DNA of 64,000 nucleotides from Patescibacteria group bacterium (GCA_040384565.1 JAZKJC010000015.1:2063-66062), one strand, 5' to 3'. Positions 48,162-57,370 are shown, counted from the first letter of the stretch. Made by a program: numbers and translations. Notes: generated by a model from the sequence alone, not told the origin.

Positions 48162-48364
48162 CCTGAACTATTATCGGCAGGGCAATGAACCAGTCTGGCT
48201 TCGTACCAGCAAGATTTTAGATTTATTCAGCAGCCGAGAAGGTTACATGGACTTTGTCTCCGACTATGAAGAACTTCGTGATATGTTGGCCGAACTCAAG
48301 CATCAGCTAGCAGATCAATAAAATACCAACTATCAGAGATTAACACCTATAGAGGACTGTCCTC
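48162..48364 (+). repeat. direct duplicate of the RAYT gene 3' end plus REP hairpin (copy of 45536-45738)
   Basis: About 160 bp identical to 45536-45695, then about 80% identity through the REP palindrome. Confidence 0.9.
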
Positions 48365-48419
48365 TTGGTGCCCTCTTGGTGCCCTCTTGGTGCCCTCTTG
48401 GTGCCTGGCCTCTTGGTGC
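48361..48419. repeat. tandem 11-mer CCTCTTGGTGC x4 (+1 after CTGG)
   Basis: Read directly. The first unit overlaps the REP palindrome arm. Confidence 0.9.
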
Positions 48420-48443
48420 CAAGACTAAAAGTTACACTATTTG

Positions 48444-48472
48444 TTGACTTTTTAAGCTTCTTGCGATATCAT
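48444..48472 (+). promoter_or_regulatory. promoter TTGACT-17-TATCAT, 7 nt before ATG 48480 (leaderless candidate)
   Basis: TTGACT 48444-49; TATCAT 48467-72. Confidence 0.45.
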
Positions 48473-48479
48473 TGAACAT

Positions 48480-48761
48480 ATGAATGTAACTATATCCCTC
48501 AAACAGCTGCGAACCGACCCACGCGAATACATTCGGTTACTAAATAGTGGATATGAAGTGTCGATAACTGAGCATCGCCATGAGTTAGTACGGGTCAAAG
48601 CAAAAGTTAATCCTAAAACTCCCCAAAGAGGGGACAGCAAAGCTTTGCTTGAGGCTATAAGAACACTACCGCGCATTAAAGACCCTGCGCCCCATGTGGA
48701 TACACCGACAAGATTAAGACAAATCAAGGCTGAACGCTTCGCGAGAAAATATGGGTCATGA
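48480..48761 (+). CDS. type II antitoxin (Phd/YefM-like) paired with PIN toxin
   Basis: Small ORF overlapping the PIN gene by 4 nt (ATGA). The N-terminal pattern is antitoxin-like. Confidence 0.6.
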   Translation: MNVTISLKQLRTDPREYIRLLNSGYEVSITEHRHELVRVKAKVNPKTPQRGDSKALLEAIRTLPRIKDPAPHVDTPTRLRQIKAERFARKYGS

Positions 48762-49132
48762 TTCTACTGGATACTAATATACTGCTCGAAATATTAGAAA
48801 ACCGTCGGAAGCATGATGCGGTGACGCGGGCAATAGCGAATAGCAGTCAACCATTTGCGATAACCGTTCTTACGATAAGTGACGTGTTTTATATAGCCGA
48901 AAGGAACAAACTGGATTTTGGTAAAGTCGAAAACTTGATAAAAAGCCACCAGTATATCGATGTAGTTAGCGCGGATGTTGACTGGGCGCTGGCGTATTAC
49001 AAGGGCAAAGATTTTGAAGATGCCTTGCAGGTTGCCGCTGCTCTGCGAAAAAAATGCACGGCCTTTATGACAATTGATTCATCACTCGCAAAAAAGTACA
49101 ACAAGTTTTTGGCAGTAGACCTAATAGTATAA
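48758..49132 (+). CDS. vapC: PIN-domain toxin VapC
   Basis: MILLDTNILLEIL with conserved acidic positions (D5, FEDAL, TID). Confidence 0.8.
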   Translation: MILLDTNILLEILENRRKHDAVTRAIANSSQPFAITVLTISDVFYIAERNKLDFGKVENLIKSHQYIDVVSADVDWALAYYKGKDFEDALQVAAALRKKCTAFMTIDSSLAKKYNKFLAVDLIV

Positions 49133-49333
49133 CAAACAGTTAATTCAGAAAATTGCAAAAATCTTATCTGTTAGAGATCCGATCTCTTTTTCTTCCCAAA
49201 GAGAGAGAACAGTGTGATTTTTCGCACATTGTTCATTTTATAAGCATGAACAATATGCAGAGACGCAAAAATAGTGTATGATCACCATATGAATAGTGTT
49301 ATTAATTTTAATTAAGGATCAATAGTATCGCTC

Positions 49334-49987
49334 ATGAGCACCGAAGCAGTTAGCACCGAAGCATTAGCAGTTAATCCAGCTGTTGAGTCCGGCATGGTCT
49401 GGACACAGTTTAAAGATCGGGTTATGGGCGCTACGGTCCTGACCGGCGCCCTGTTACTAGGCGCGCTAGGAACCGCTGGACCTGCCAGTGCCGATCACTG
49501 TTATGATGGCCAAGGGCATATTGTGGGTCGAGATGGAGAGCCAGATTGCCCGTTACCAAAACATCTTATTGATCGTCCACCCGAAACCGCACCTACTCCT
49601 CCACCAACTGAAGCGCCTGCGCCTCGTCCAACCGCGCCTCCAACAACCGCCGCTAGAAGGCAAGTTGTCGCTACAACAGTGGCGCCGACCACCACAACCA
49701 CTACTGTTGCCATTACCACGACCCTTGCGCCGACCACTACTCTACCACCTACCACCGAAGTGCTCACGACAACTTCCACCACGACTGCCGCCGTTAGCGG
49801 AAGCGAGTCAGATGGTGGTATTAATAATGGTGGTCAACCAGAAAAGACAGAGTCTGACACCAGCAGAGCATTACTTTTACTCGCGGGCATTGGTGTCGCG
49901 GGTAGCGGAATATTTTATGCCGGCCGCCGTATACACGACAATGGCAAAAAACCCGGAAAGCCCGGACCTCGCCCAAGGCATGCCTAA
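49334..49987 (+). CDS. Thr/Pro-rich exported protein with C-terminal membrane anchor
   Basis: Signal-like MGATVLTGALLLGALGTAGPASA, then TTTTT/PPT tracts. C-terminal TM LLLLAGIGVAGSGIFYAG plus a basic tail. Start uncertain. Confidence 0.55.
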   Translation: MSTEAVSTEALAVNPAVESGMVWTQFKDRVMGATVLTGALLLGALGTAGPASADHCYDGQGHIVGRDGEPDCPLPKHLIDRPPETAPTPPPTEAPAPRPTAPPTTAARRQVVATTVAPTTTTTTVAITTTLAPTTTLPPTTEVLTTTSTTTAAVSGSESDGGINNGGQPEKTESDTSRALLLLAGIGVAGSGIFYAGRRIHDNGKKPGKPGPRPRHA

Positions 49988-50278
49988 ACTCATCTCCATT
50001 TACTCCAAGGACTTTCTAAAGTCTGCCGTAATCGAACCCAAAACTTACGCTACTAAGATCTAATCCACATCTATCTGTCAGTTAAAAGCTTTAGGTCTGC
50101 TACTTTCAATCTGTTTTTCGTTTTCGCTCATACTATTCCGGTACGATCAAAAACCGAGAAAACAGATGAGAAATTATGACCGCTACTTCAATTTTACCTA
50201 TAACAGAGGGATTTGGTCAGGCTCCAAGATCAGTTATTTGTATCTGCTTGTATAGTTTGGAGTAGCTTTGTTATACTA

Positions 50279-50854
50279 ATGCTTATGAAACTTCCGGCCA
50301 AGCGGCAAAAATTGGCACTTATAAGTGCCTTGGTCTTGCTGGTAATTATTGTAGCAGTGACAGTAGTTGTATTGAGAAGACAAACGCAGCAAGAAAAAAA
50401 CCAGGCCGGATCAAACACAAACCTGACTGTATCGGAGCAAGAGAGCAAAGAAGTGGCAACCCAGGCGCAAAAGTACCTGGCGGAACTTGACGCCGCGAAT
50501 GAAAAACTCTATAAAAGAACCGAAGGTATCAAAACGGTTGCGGAGTTTGAGGAGCGATTTAAAGACAGCGAACGCGAAAAATTTCTGATATTGGTCCTGC
50601 AAAGGCTCGAGGCGGAAAAAAACGACAACGCCGCGCTGGACTTTGTTACGTATATAGAAGCAAAATACCCGCAGGTCGCTAAAACAATTGACTTCCAGAT
50701 ACGGGCATACCTAGTTGCTAAAAGCCTTAACCGGGCAGATTTGCAGGCGGCCTATAAGCAAAAAGTTGAAACTACCCTGAGAGAGCAAGGGGCATTAGGC
50801 TCAGGCGAGTCTTTGCCGGACAGCTACTTTAACGGAGAGGGCCAAAGTGATTAA
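50279..50854 (+). CDS. N-terminally anchored helical protein, coupled to the giant secreted protein
   Basis: TM LALISALVLLVIIVAVTVVVL. Its stop overlaps the GTG of the next gene by 8 nt. Confidence 0.55.
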   Translation: MLMKLPAKRQKLALISALVLLVIIVAVTVVVLRRQTQQEKNQAGSNTNLTVSEQESKEVATQAQKYLAELDAANEKLYKRTEGIKTVAEFEERFKDSEREKFLILVLQRLEAEKNDNAALDFVTYIEAKYPQVAKTIDFQIRAYLVAKSLNRADLQAAYKQKVETTLREQGALGSGESLPDSYFNGEGQSD

Positions 50855-53800
50855 TCTGACTAAAAAACCTTCTTTGGCACTGGGGTTCATTGTGATCGCC
50901 GGAAGCTTACTGGGTATATTGGGGCTAGGGGAAACCGCCCAGGCCGCTTTCCCCGCGGGGATGCCAAGCAACGCCATCCCCAACAACAGCTATTGGCAGA
51001 CGCCGCCACGAACCCAAGGAGCCTACCTGGTAGTAGCGCATGGCGGCATGGAAGCTCCGGGCATGTACGCCGATATTTATTATCCCAGCACCCAGACTTC
51101 GGTGGATTTGACAATTGAGGACGCTTGTGATAATTCGGGTATTGATGTTGCCGGCTGGCGGGCAACAACTAACTTTAGGTTTGACAGGAGTTTCGGGCTA
51201 ACTGACCTTGGCGGTAACGGTTTGGTAACACCTGTAGATCCAGACACCCAAAGCATTGAGTGTGTCAGTGGCACTGACTTACAGATCAGGCTTACGACCG
51301 ATACAGGACCGGGCAGAACGTTTGGAGGAGTAGCTTATAGAAGAGTATATTTTGCGGCTCTAGCTAGTAATAGCGGCGGTCTGGATTATGAAAACCAATT
51401 CCGGTTAAGCAGCCCTGACGGCGGGATAGTCATCAGCTACCCAAATTATAACGTTACCGGCGGGTTCCTGGGTCTTTACAACCGTACCCCTGATGTTAAT
51501 GCCGGAAGTTGTCCCAACACGTCCGGCGGTAGAGCGGATGCTTCGTGTTACTGGGGTACGGCCGTGGCCTTCGCACCGCCTTGTAGCTGGCCGGCTGGAG
51601 GCACCGCGAATGTAGACTTTTATGATTCTGATGCCCAGGCGGGGGGGTACCAAAGCACCAGGCAGGTTGCTTATCTGGTTCTTCGATATCCGAGGGACGG
51701 ATCAGGAGGAAGTACAATAGTCAGCTCAGGCAACCTAAGTGGTCCTGATAATACTATAAATACCGTTTCGGGCATTCCGTTTGATCCCGCCTTTGCTTAT
51801 GAATTACGTATGGGTGATATTTTTGCACGAAACAGTCTTCAGGTGCGATTGCCTTGGGAGCAGATTAACGTGCGAGAAGTTTGTCAACCTCCACCCCAGC
51901 CTCCGCCCGGAACTATTCAGGGGATTAAGGTTGGTGGTGGATCGGATACAGACGGTGCTACAATTACCTATGTTCAGGGTGGCGGTCCACTTGCAGCTGG
52001 TACTACGTCCAATGCAAATCCTTACAGCTTTCCCGCTAACACTCCATCTGATCACCATATACGGGCGGATCAAGTTAACGGCTATAGACTGCTTGGGTTT
52101 ACTCTTTGTGTTAATGACACGAGCTGTCACGGCAACCCACCTACTCCCGGAAGTGAAGTTATTTTTAATCTAGGCAACCCCGGTGATTATGCTGACCTTT
52201 GGTGGCATTACGCGCCAAATCCGCCGCCAAATATGGTACAAACATGTTCTAACGGGAACATTGGAGCGGATATCAGCTGGTCTGACGCTGGACTAGGAGA
52301 AGCTTTTTACGTAGTGGATATATCTGCTAACGACCCTGGCTTTGGAGCATTTTGGAATAAAGCAGTAGGGGGTACGTCTACGACCGCGCCCGGGGGTTTT
52401 GCTGATGGCAGCGGCAATGGATTTTCCTTTGTGCCAGGGGTGCCTTACTATATGAGGGTTTATTATCCGAATAATAACCTGCACTCTACCGTCGCCAGTT
52501 TTACCCCTTATGTTTGTCCGAATGTTCAGGCTCATGTGTTTAAGGTTGACAGCAGTGGCAACTATTTGGGGGATATGCCCGGCGTGACAATTGAGACCTG
52601 TGGAAATCCTGGTATAACGACTGACGGATCTGGCCTTGGCTATATGACAGTGGCTGTGGGTACCGCGTTTTGCTTGAGGATTACCTCGGGGCCACCCCCA
52701 GGTACTGCCGGGGGACCATTCGTGCGGCCATGGGCAGAGGGCTATAACGGCTGCGGCGGTTTTGGGGCTCCACCCTGGAGCGGATATTGCGGCGATAGTA
52801 CCTATGAATGCCAAACAGCAGGCGGCTACTCTAGCCCTGATGTTTGTGGTTTTAACATTGATCGTAATTGGGATGGCGGTTATGATTTTGTCTATGTCAT
52901 AGATAGGCCGCCAACCGGCAATGTCGATAATGTTACCTGTAAACCCTCCAGGCTGACCGGCTGGGCACAAGATGCGGATAGTCCGGGTACAGCAATACAA
53001 TTGCATTTATTTGTACTCGATGGCGTTAATCCTGTTGGTGTTGACTTTGGGGTGCACCCCACACAACCTAACCATAGTTTTGATATTGATGTTAGTGCTT
53101 TTGACGATCATGGCTACCATTATTATTATGTGTATGCTTACGGGGTAGATCCAGCGGGTAACAAGAATAATGTTGACGTACTTTTGCCCAATAGCGGCAT
53201 ACGGAACGGGCCTTGCGCACCGCCAACGTGCGGTAGTATTTATTCCAACCCAAGCGATCCGGAACCCGGCACACCTTTTACCATTACCGCCAGTTTTACT
53301 AACAATGCTGGACCCAGAGGCAGGTCAATTAACGGAGTCGACCACCCTATGAGGCTTCAAGTCAGTGGCGCGGGCATAGTCGCTTATGATAATGCGAACG
53401 AAGATTATAGCCCCGATCCGGTATTACCGGGTATGGGTGCCAGTGCTACCACTGATCCGCCGCCTTTTGTTTCCGCTACAGGGGGTAATGTGAATGTTAC
53501 TATGACACTATCTGGTGGCCCTGTCTTGAGTCCCGGAGGTAATTGCACCAATACTATCAGGATTACCAATAAACCATATGCACGGTTTTATGGCGGCGAT
53601 ATGCGTGTGGGGTGCGGAGTGGGCAGTACCTCAACATTAATAGGCTATAACACTGGAACAGGCCAAGGGGCAGGTGTGCAACTGGCAGCATTGGCGGCCC
53701 AACAAATCAAAGACTTTACCAGCGCGACAGGCAGGACAAGTCCAGGACCACCGAATGGCTTGAGCTTTGCCAATAACGCTGCGGCAGGAACCTACGGAGG

Positions 53801-54434
53801 GTTGTTTGGCGAAGTTATAGACTGCCCGGCTAATCCTTATGAGGATGTTCCCGGTGATGCAATAGAATTATTAGACCCGGTCACGGCAGCGTCGTTTACG
53901 GCTAAAAAATCACATAAATACAGTGGTAATTTGCAGTTGACATTATCCGGGTTCGCAGCTGCTAACACGGCACTGTTTGTGGACGGCGATGTATATATAA
54001 ACGACCTAACCTACGACACAGCAGCAGTGGCCGACATAAAGGATATGCCGCATATAACACTTGTAGCAAAAGGGAACGTTTATATAAGCAATACGCTGTC
54101 CCAGGTAGACGGTATCATAGAGGCGGGTGGTAAAATATATACCTGTGCCGTACCAAGCGGCGGAATACTTGTGGCGCCAACGTCCGCACAGATTGGTAAT
54201 GACTGTAATAGTAAATTAACTGTTAACGGCGCGCTGATATCGCCCCAGATGCGTTTCTTCAGATCCTTTGGCAGCCTTTCAAAAGGCACACCGGCAGAAC
54301 CATCGGCATCTACGAATATAGCCGAAAGCGTTAACTATAATCCTGCCGACTGGTTCCTGCCGGCGCCGTTTACTACAAAAAACAACTGTGACTGTAGCAT
54401 TCAGTCTGCCACCAGCTTGCCGCCAATACTCTAG
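50847..54434 (+). CDS. giant secreted Cys/Gly/Pro/Asn-rich protein (candidate pilus-associated adhesin)
   Basis: SD GGAGAGG 6 nt before GTG. Signal peptide ends ...GETAQA|AF. About 30 Cys and a PPPQPPPG linker. No known domain recognised. Confidence 0.75.
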   Translation: MINLTKKPSLALGFIVIAGSLLGILGLGETAQAAFPAGMPSNAIPNNSYWQTPPRTQGAYLVVAHGGMEAPGMYADIYYPSTQTSVDLTIEDACDNSGIDVAGWRATTNFRFDRSFGLTDLGGNGLVTPVDPDTQSIECVSGTDLQIRLTTDTGPGRTFGGVAYRRVYFAALASNSGGLDYENQFRLSSPDGGIVISYPNYNVTGGFLGLYNRTPDVNAGSCPNTSGGRADASCYWGTAVAFAPPCSWPAGGTANVDFYDSDAQAGGYQSTRQVAYLVLRYPRDGSGGSTIVSSGNLSGPDNTINTVSGIPFDPAFAYELRMGDIFARNSLQVRLPWEQINVREVCQPPPQPPPGTIQGIKVGGGSDTDGATITYVQGGGPLAAGTTSNANPYSFPANTPSDHHIRADQVNGYRLLGFTLCVNDTSCHGNPPTPGSEVIFNLGNPGDYADLWWHYAPNPPPNMVQTCSNGNIGADISWSDAGLGEAFYVVDISANDPGFGAFWNKAVGGTSTTAPGGFADGSGNGFSFVPGVPYYMRVYYPNNNLHSTVASFTPYVCPNVQAHVFKVDSSGNYLGDMPGVTIETCGNPGITTDGSGLGYMTVAVGTAFCLRITSGPPPGTAGGPFVRPWAEGYNGCGGFGAPPWSGYCGDSTYECQTAGGYSSPDVCGFNIDRNWDGGYDFVYVIDRPPTGNVDNVTCKPSRLTGWAQDADSPGTAIQLHLFVLDGVNPVGVDFGVHPTQPNHSFDIDVSAFDDHGYHYYYVYAYGVDPAGNKNNVDVLLPNSGIRNGPCAPPTCGSIYSNPSDPEPGTPFTITASFTNNAGPRGRSINGVDHPMRLQVSGAGIVAYDNANEDYSPDPVLPGMGASATTDPPPFVSATGGNVNVTMTLSGGPVLSPGGNCTNTIRITNKPYARFYGGDMRVGCGVGSTSTLIGYNTGTGQGAGVQLAALAAQQIKDFTSATGRTSPGPPNGLSFANNAAAGTYGGLFGEVIDCPANPYEDVPGDAIELLDPVTAASFTAKKSHKYSGNLQLTLSGFAAANTALFVDGDVYINDLTYDTAAVADIKDMPHITLVAKGNVYISNTLSQVDGIIEAGGKIYTCAVPSGGILVAPTSAQIGNDCNSKLTVNGALISPQMRFFRSFGSLSKGTPAEPSASTNIAESVNYNPADWFLPAPFTTKNNCDCSIQSATSLPPIL

Positions 54435-54625
54435 CCCTGTGAAATTATTAATGCAAAAGGGTTGCGGATAAGCATGTATACCCATGAGAAACTACCTTCC
54501 GGCATTTAGGCTCACCCTTTCCGGCCAGAAGCTTCCGAAATTTTATAACCATACCTTAGGGTATGCTGATAAAATTTCAAAACTTTCTGGCTCGGCAATC
54601 ATCGACCCTAAAAACCGAAAAGCAA

Positions 54626-54654
54626 TTTCACATGGGTATAGCTTATGCTATAAT
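54626..54654 (+). promoter_or_regulatory. candidate pil operon promoter TTTCAC-17-TATAAT with extended -10 TGc
   Basis: TTTCAC 54626-31; TGCTATAAT 54646-54. Leaves an about 170-nt 5' UTR before pilM. Confidence 0.4.
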
Positions 54655-54824
54655 CAAGCCAATATGAGCTCTATTAAATCAAAAATACATAGCTATTGTT
54701 CATGGGTTGCTTCCAGCAAGAATTTTTGCGATAGAGCATTTGATACAGGGCTGAATCTGATAATTAAGGGAGTGGGCAAACGCAGTGGGGTTAAGAGACT
54801 GCAACCTGTCCATATACGGATAAA

Positions 54825-55868
54825 ATGAGTTTATTAACAGGAGTATCTGATTTTTTTGGGCTAGATATCGGCACGACTGCCATACGTATGGTGCAGCTGC
54901 AAGGAACCGGTCCATTAAAGAGTCTGGCAAAATATGGCTATCTGCCAATTGATATAAAAACCGCGCAGAGTGACTCCAAAGCCGATCAGCTAAAGTTGCT
55001 AGAAGGCGTAAAAGAACTGCTTAACCAAGCGCGTGTATCAACCAAAAACGCAGTAGTAGGCATACCTTCAGGAAGAGTTTTTACCACGGTGACAGATTTT
55101 GATCGCTTACCCCCTAATGAGCTCTCCAAATCTATCCGCTATCAAGCAGAATCCCTAATTCCTACGCCTATTAGCCAGTCTACGCTGGACTGGGCACAAA
55201 TAGGTGATTCGCCAGCCGATAAAAACAAGGTTGAGGTACTCTTAAGCAGTGTTTCAAATGACTTTGTTGAGGGAAGACTGGATATACTGGAATCCATCGG
55301 TCTAAATGTTATTGCCTTTGAACCTGATGCTATGGCACTTACCCGGGCAATTCTGACACCCGATTCCACCACCCCTCAAATGATTATAGATGTCGGCAAT
55401 CTTACTACTGACCTGATCATCGCAATGAATGGTGCCCCAAGGCTTACCCGAGCGATTCCAACTGGCTCAGACGCTATCATAAAATCAGCTATGCAAAACC
55501 TAAATATTGATCAAGCCCAGGCGACTCAGTTCGTCAATAAATTTGGCTTATCCAAAGATAAACTTGAGGGGCAGGTTCACCAAGCAATCATTGGGACTAT
55601 AGATATTTTGATGGGCGAAATTGACAAATCCATCAAGTTTTTTCACAAACGCTATGGTGACAATGCCAAAATAGAGCGGATAATTGTAACTGGTTCAGCC
55701 TCGGCATTGCCAGAATTTCCATTGTATATAGCTAATAAATTCGGTGTCAGCGTAGAGATTGGCAACGCCTGGCGCAATGTAGCATTTGATGCAAACCGAC
55801 AAAACGAACTTTTAGCATTATCTAACCATTTTGGCGTAGCAGCCGGACTTGCGGAGAGACAAGAATGA
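54825..55868 (+). CDS. pilM: type IV pilus assembly protein PilM
   Basis: Actin-like ATPase fold with FFGLDIGTTAIRMVQL N-terminus. 347 aa. Confidence 0.85.
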   Translation: MSLLTGVSDFFGLDIGTTAIRMVQLQGTGPLKSLAKYGYLPIDIKTAQSDSKADQLKLLEGVKELLNQARVSTKNAVVGIPSGRVFTTVTDFDRLPPNELSKSIRYQAESLIPTPISQSTLDWAQIGDSPADKNKVEVLLSSVSNDFVEGRLDILESIGLNVIAFEPDAMALTRAILTPDSTTPQMIIDVGNLTTDLIIAMNGAPRLTRAIPTGSDAIIKSAMQNLNIDQAQATQFVNKFGLSKDKLEGQVHQAIIGTIDILMGEIDKSIKFFHKRYGDNAKIERIIVTGSASALPEFPLYIANKFGVSVEIGNAWRNVAFDANRQNELLALSNHFGVAAGLAERQE

Positions 55869-55872
55869 ACAA

Positions 55873-55980
55873 ACAGTCAACAGTCAACAGTCAACAGTCA
55901 ACAGTCTTTGGGGCTGAAAGCCGTTCTTTGATTTTTGTTCTTAGAACTGTTAACTGTCAACTGTTAACTGTCAACTATTT
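55873..55980. repeat. ACAGTCA x4 (+ACAGTCT) / ACTGT(T/C)A x4 inverted heptamer element
   Basis: Left units 55873-55907 and right units 55946-55980. Starts 5 nt after the pilM stop. Confidence 0.9.
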
Positions 55981-55995
55981 GATCGGAGATCAAAG

Positions 55996-56682
55996 ATGAT
56001 TCAGTTTAACTTGCTGCCTGATGTAAAGCGTGAATATGTACGGGCACGTCGTAATAAACGTATGACACTTCTGATTGCCTCATTGGCAGCCGGCGCAGCC
56101 TTTGCAGTTTTAGTGATACTTTTTGTAGGGGTACAGATCTTTCAAAAGAAATATTCGGCCGATCTTTCAAAAGATATAAAATCAGAGAGCAGCAAGCTTA
56201 AAGGCATACAAGACCTGGAAAAGATTCTTACAATCCAGAACCAGCTGGCTATTCTACCGGAACTCCATAATAAAAAGCCGGTTGCTACCCGTACCCTTGA
56301 TTATTTCAAGCAAGTCACCCCGGCAAAGGCCAGTATTGCTAAAATGAACCTGGATTATGATACTCAGATTATGAATATTACGGGTGCAGCTGATGCCATC
56401 AGTACTATCAATAAATTTGTCGATACGCTCAAATTTACTACTTATAAAACGGAAGATGGCAAGGAAGGCAATGCATTTAATTCGGTGGTACTTAGCACCT
56501 TTGGAAGGGATGACAAAGGGGCCAGTTATCAAATAACATTCAAATTCGACCCGATTATATTTTCCAATGATAGCCCTGTGGCGCTGACTGTACCGGCAGG
56601 TAAGATTACCACCCGCTCTGAAACTGAAAAACCCGATTCATTATTTCAACCCTTAAGTAACCCTAATCCCACAGGACAATAG
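55996..56682 (+). CDS. pilN: type IV pilus assembly protein PilN-like
   Basis: MIQFNLLPDVKRE... followed by a single TM, the typical PilN N-terminus. Confidence 0.7.
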   Translation: MIQFNLLPDVKREYVRARRNKRMTLLIASLAAGAAFAVLVILFVGVQIFQKKYSADLSKDIKSESSKLKGIQDLEKILTIQNQLAILPELHNKKPVATRTLDYFKQVTPAKASIAKMNLDYDTQIMNITGAADAISTINKFVDTLKFTTYKTEDGKEGNAFNSVVLSTFGRDDKGASYQITFKFDPIIFSNDSPVALTVPAGKITTRSETEKPDSLFQPLSNPNPTGQ

Positions 56683-56688
56683 ATTATT

Positions 56689-57363
56689 ATGGCTGCTAAT
56701 AAAATTATATCCAGTAAACGGCTCCAAATAGACAAAGCAAATGCCAGCATGGTTATTTTTCTGGCTGCGGCATCATTCGTTATTGTATTTTCACTGTTAG
56801 CGAGCCGGGCATTGCTGGGACAGCGCAGTTATCAAACACGCGTCATCAAAGAAAAAAAGAAAGCCCTAACCCAACTTAAGGCCAATAATCAGGCAGCGTC
56901 ACAGCTGGCTAATACTTATAAAACTTTTGTATCAACTCCGGATAATATTATAGGCGGCAACCCGACTGGAAGTGGAGACCGCGACGGTGATAACGCCCGG
57001 ATTGTGCTGGATGCTCTGCCAAGCAAATATGATTTCCCGGCATTGGCAACCAGCCTGGATAAAATCCTCAATGATAAGAAGTATAAAATCAATAGTATTA
57101 GCGGCACGGACGATGAGCTTGCCCAGTCCACCCCCACAGCTACTGCCGCGCAACCTGTGGAAATTCCTTTCCAGGTAAGTATAAGCGGAAGCTTTGATGC
57201 TATCCAGGGGTTGCTGAATGTTTTCCAGAACTCCATAAGGCCCATTTACCTGCACAGTATGGATTTGAGCGGAAGCGACAATAACCTGACAATAAACGTT
57301 ACGGCTGGAACGTACTATCAACCCGAAAAAAAGATTAACATTACTACAAAGGTGGTGAAATGA
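56689..57363 (+). CDS. pilO: PilO-like pilus assembly protein
   Basis: TM plus coiled-coil plus C-terminal domain, in the PilO position of the operon. Confidence 0.5.
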   Translation: MAANKIISSKRLQIDKANASMVIFLAAASFVIVFSLLASRALLGQRSYQTRVIKEKKKALTQLKANNQAASQLANTYKTFVSTPDNIIGGNPTGSGDRDGDNARIVLDALPSKYDFPALATSLDKILNDKKYKINSISGTDDELAQSTPTATAAQPVEIPFQVSISGSFDAIQGLLNVFQNSIRPIYLHSMDLSGSDNNLTINVTAGTYYQPEKKINITTKVVK

Positions 57364-57370
57364 ACCAAAA

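Noticed and set aside
48361-48419. Possible CRISPR-like array (short direct repeats).
   Set aside because: The units are contiguous 11-mers with no spacers, so this is a simple tandem repeat.
49488-50063. 191-aa ORF overlapping the Thr/Pro-rich protein gene in another frame.
   Set aside because: It is an alternate-frame reading of a repetitive ACC/CCA-rich region. It has no start context and its Pro/Leu/Arg-rich translation is typical of frame artefacts.
54770-54815. GGGCAAAC...GCAGTGGGG, resembling part of a c-di-GMP-I (GEMM) riboswitch upstream of pilus genes.
   Set aside because: The second conserved block (ACGCAAAGC with its hairpin) and the tetraloop-receptor arrangement are absent. 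The resemblance is limited to one short word.
54484-54828. 114-aa ORF in the gap upstream of pilM.
   Set aside because: No SD and odd composition. It contains the candidate pil promoter within it, so it is more likely noncoding leader or promoter DNA.
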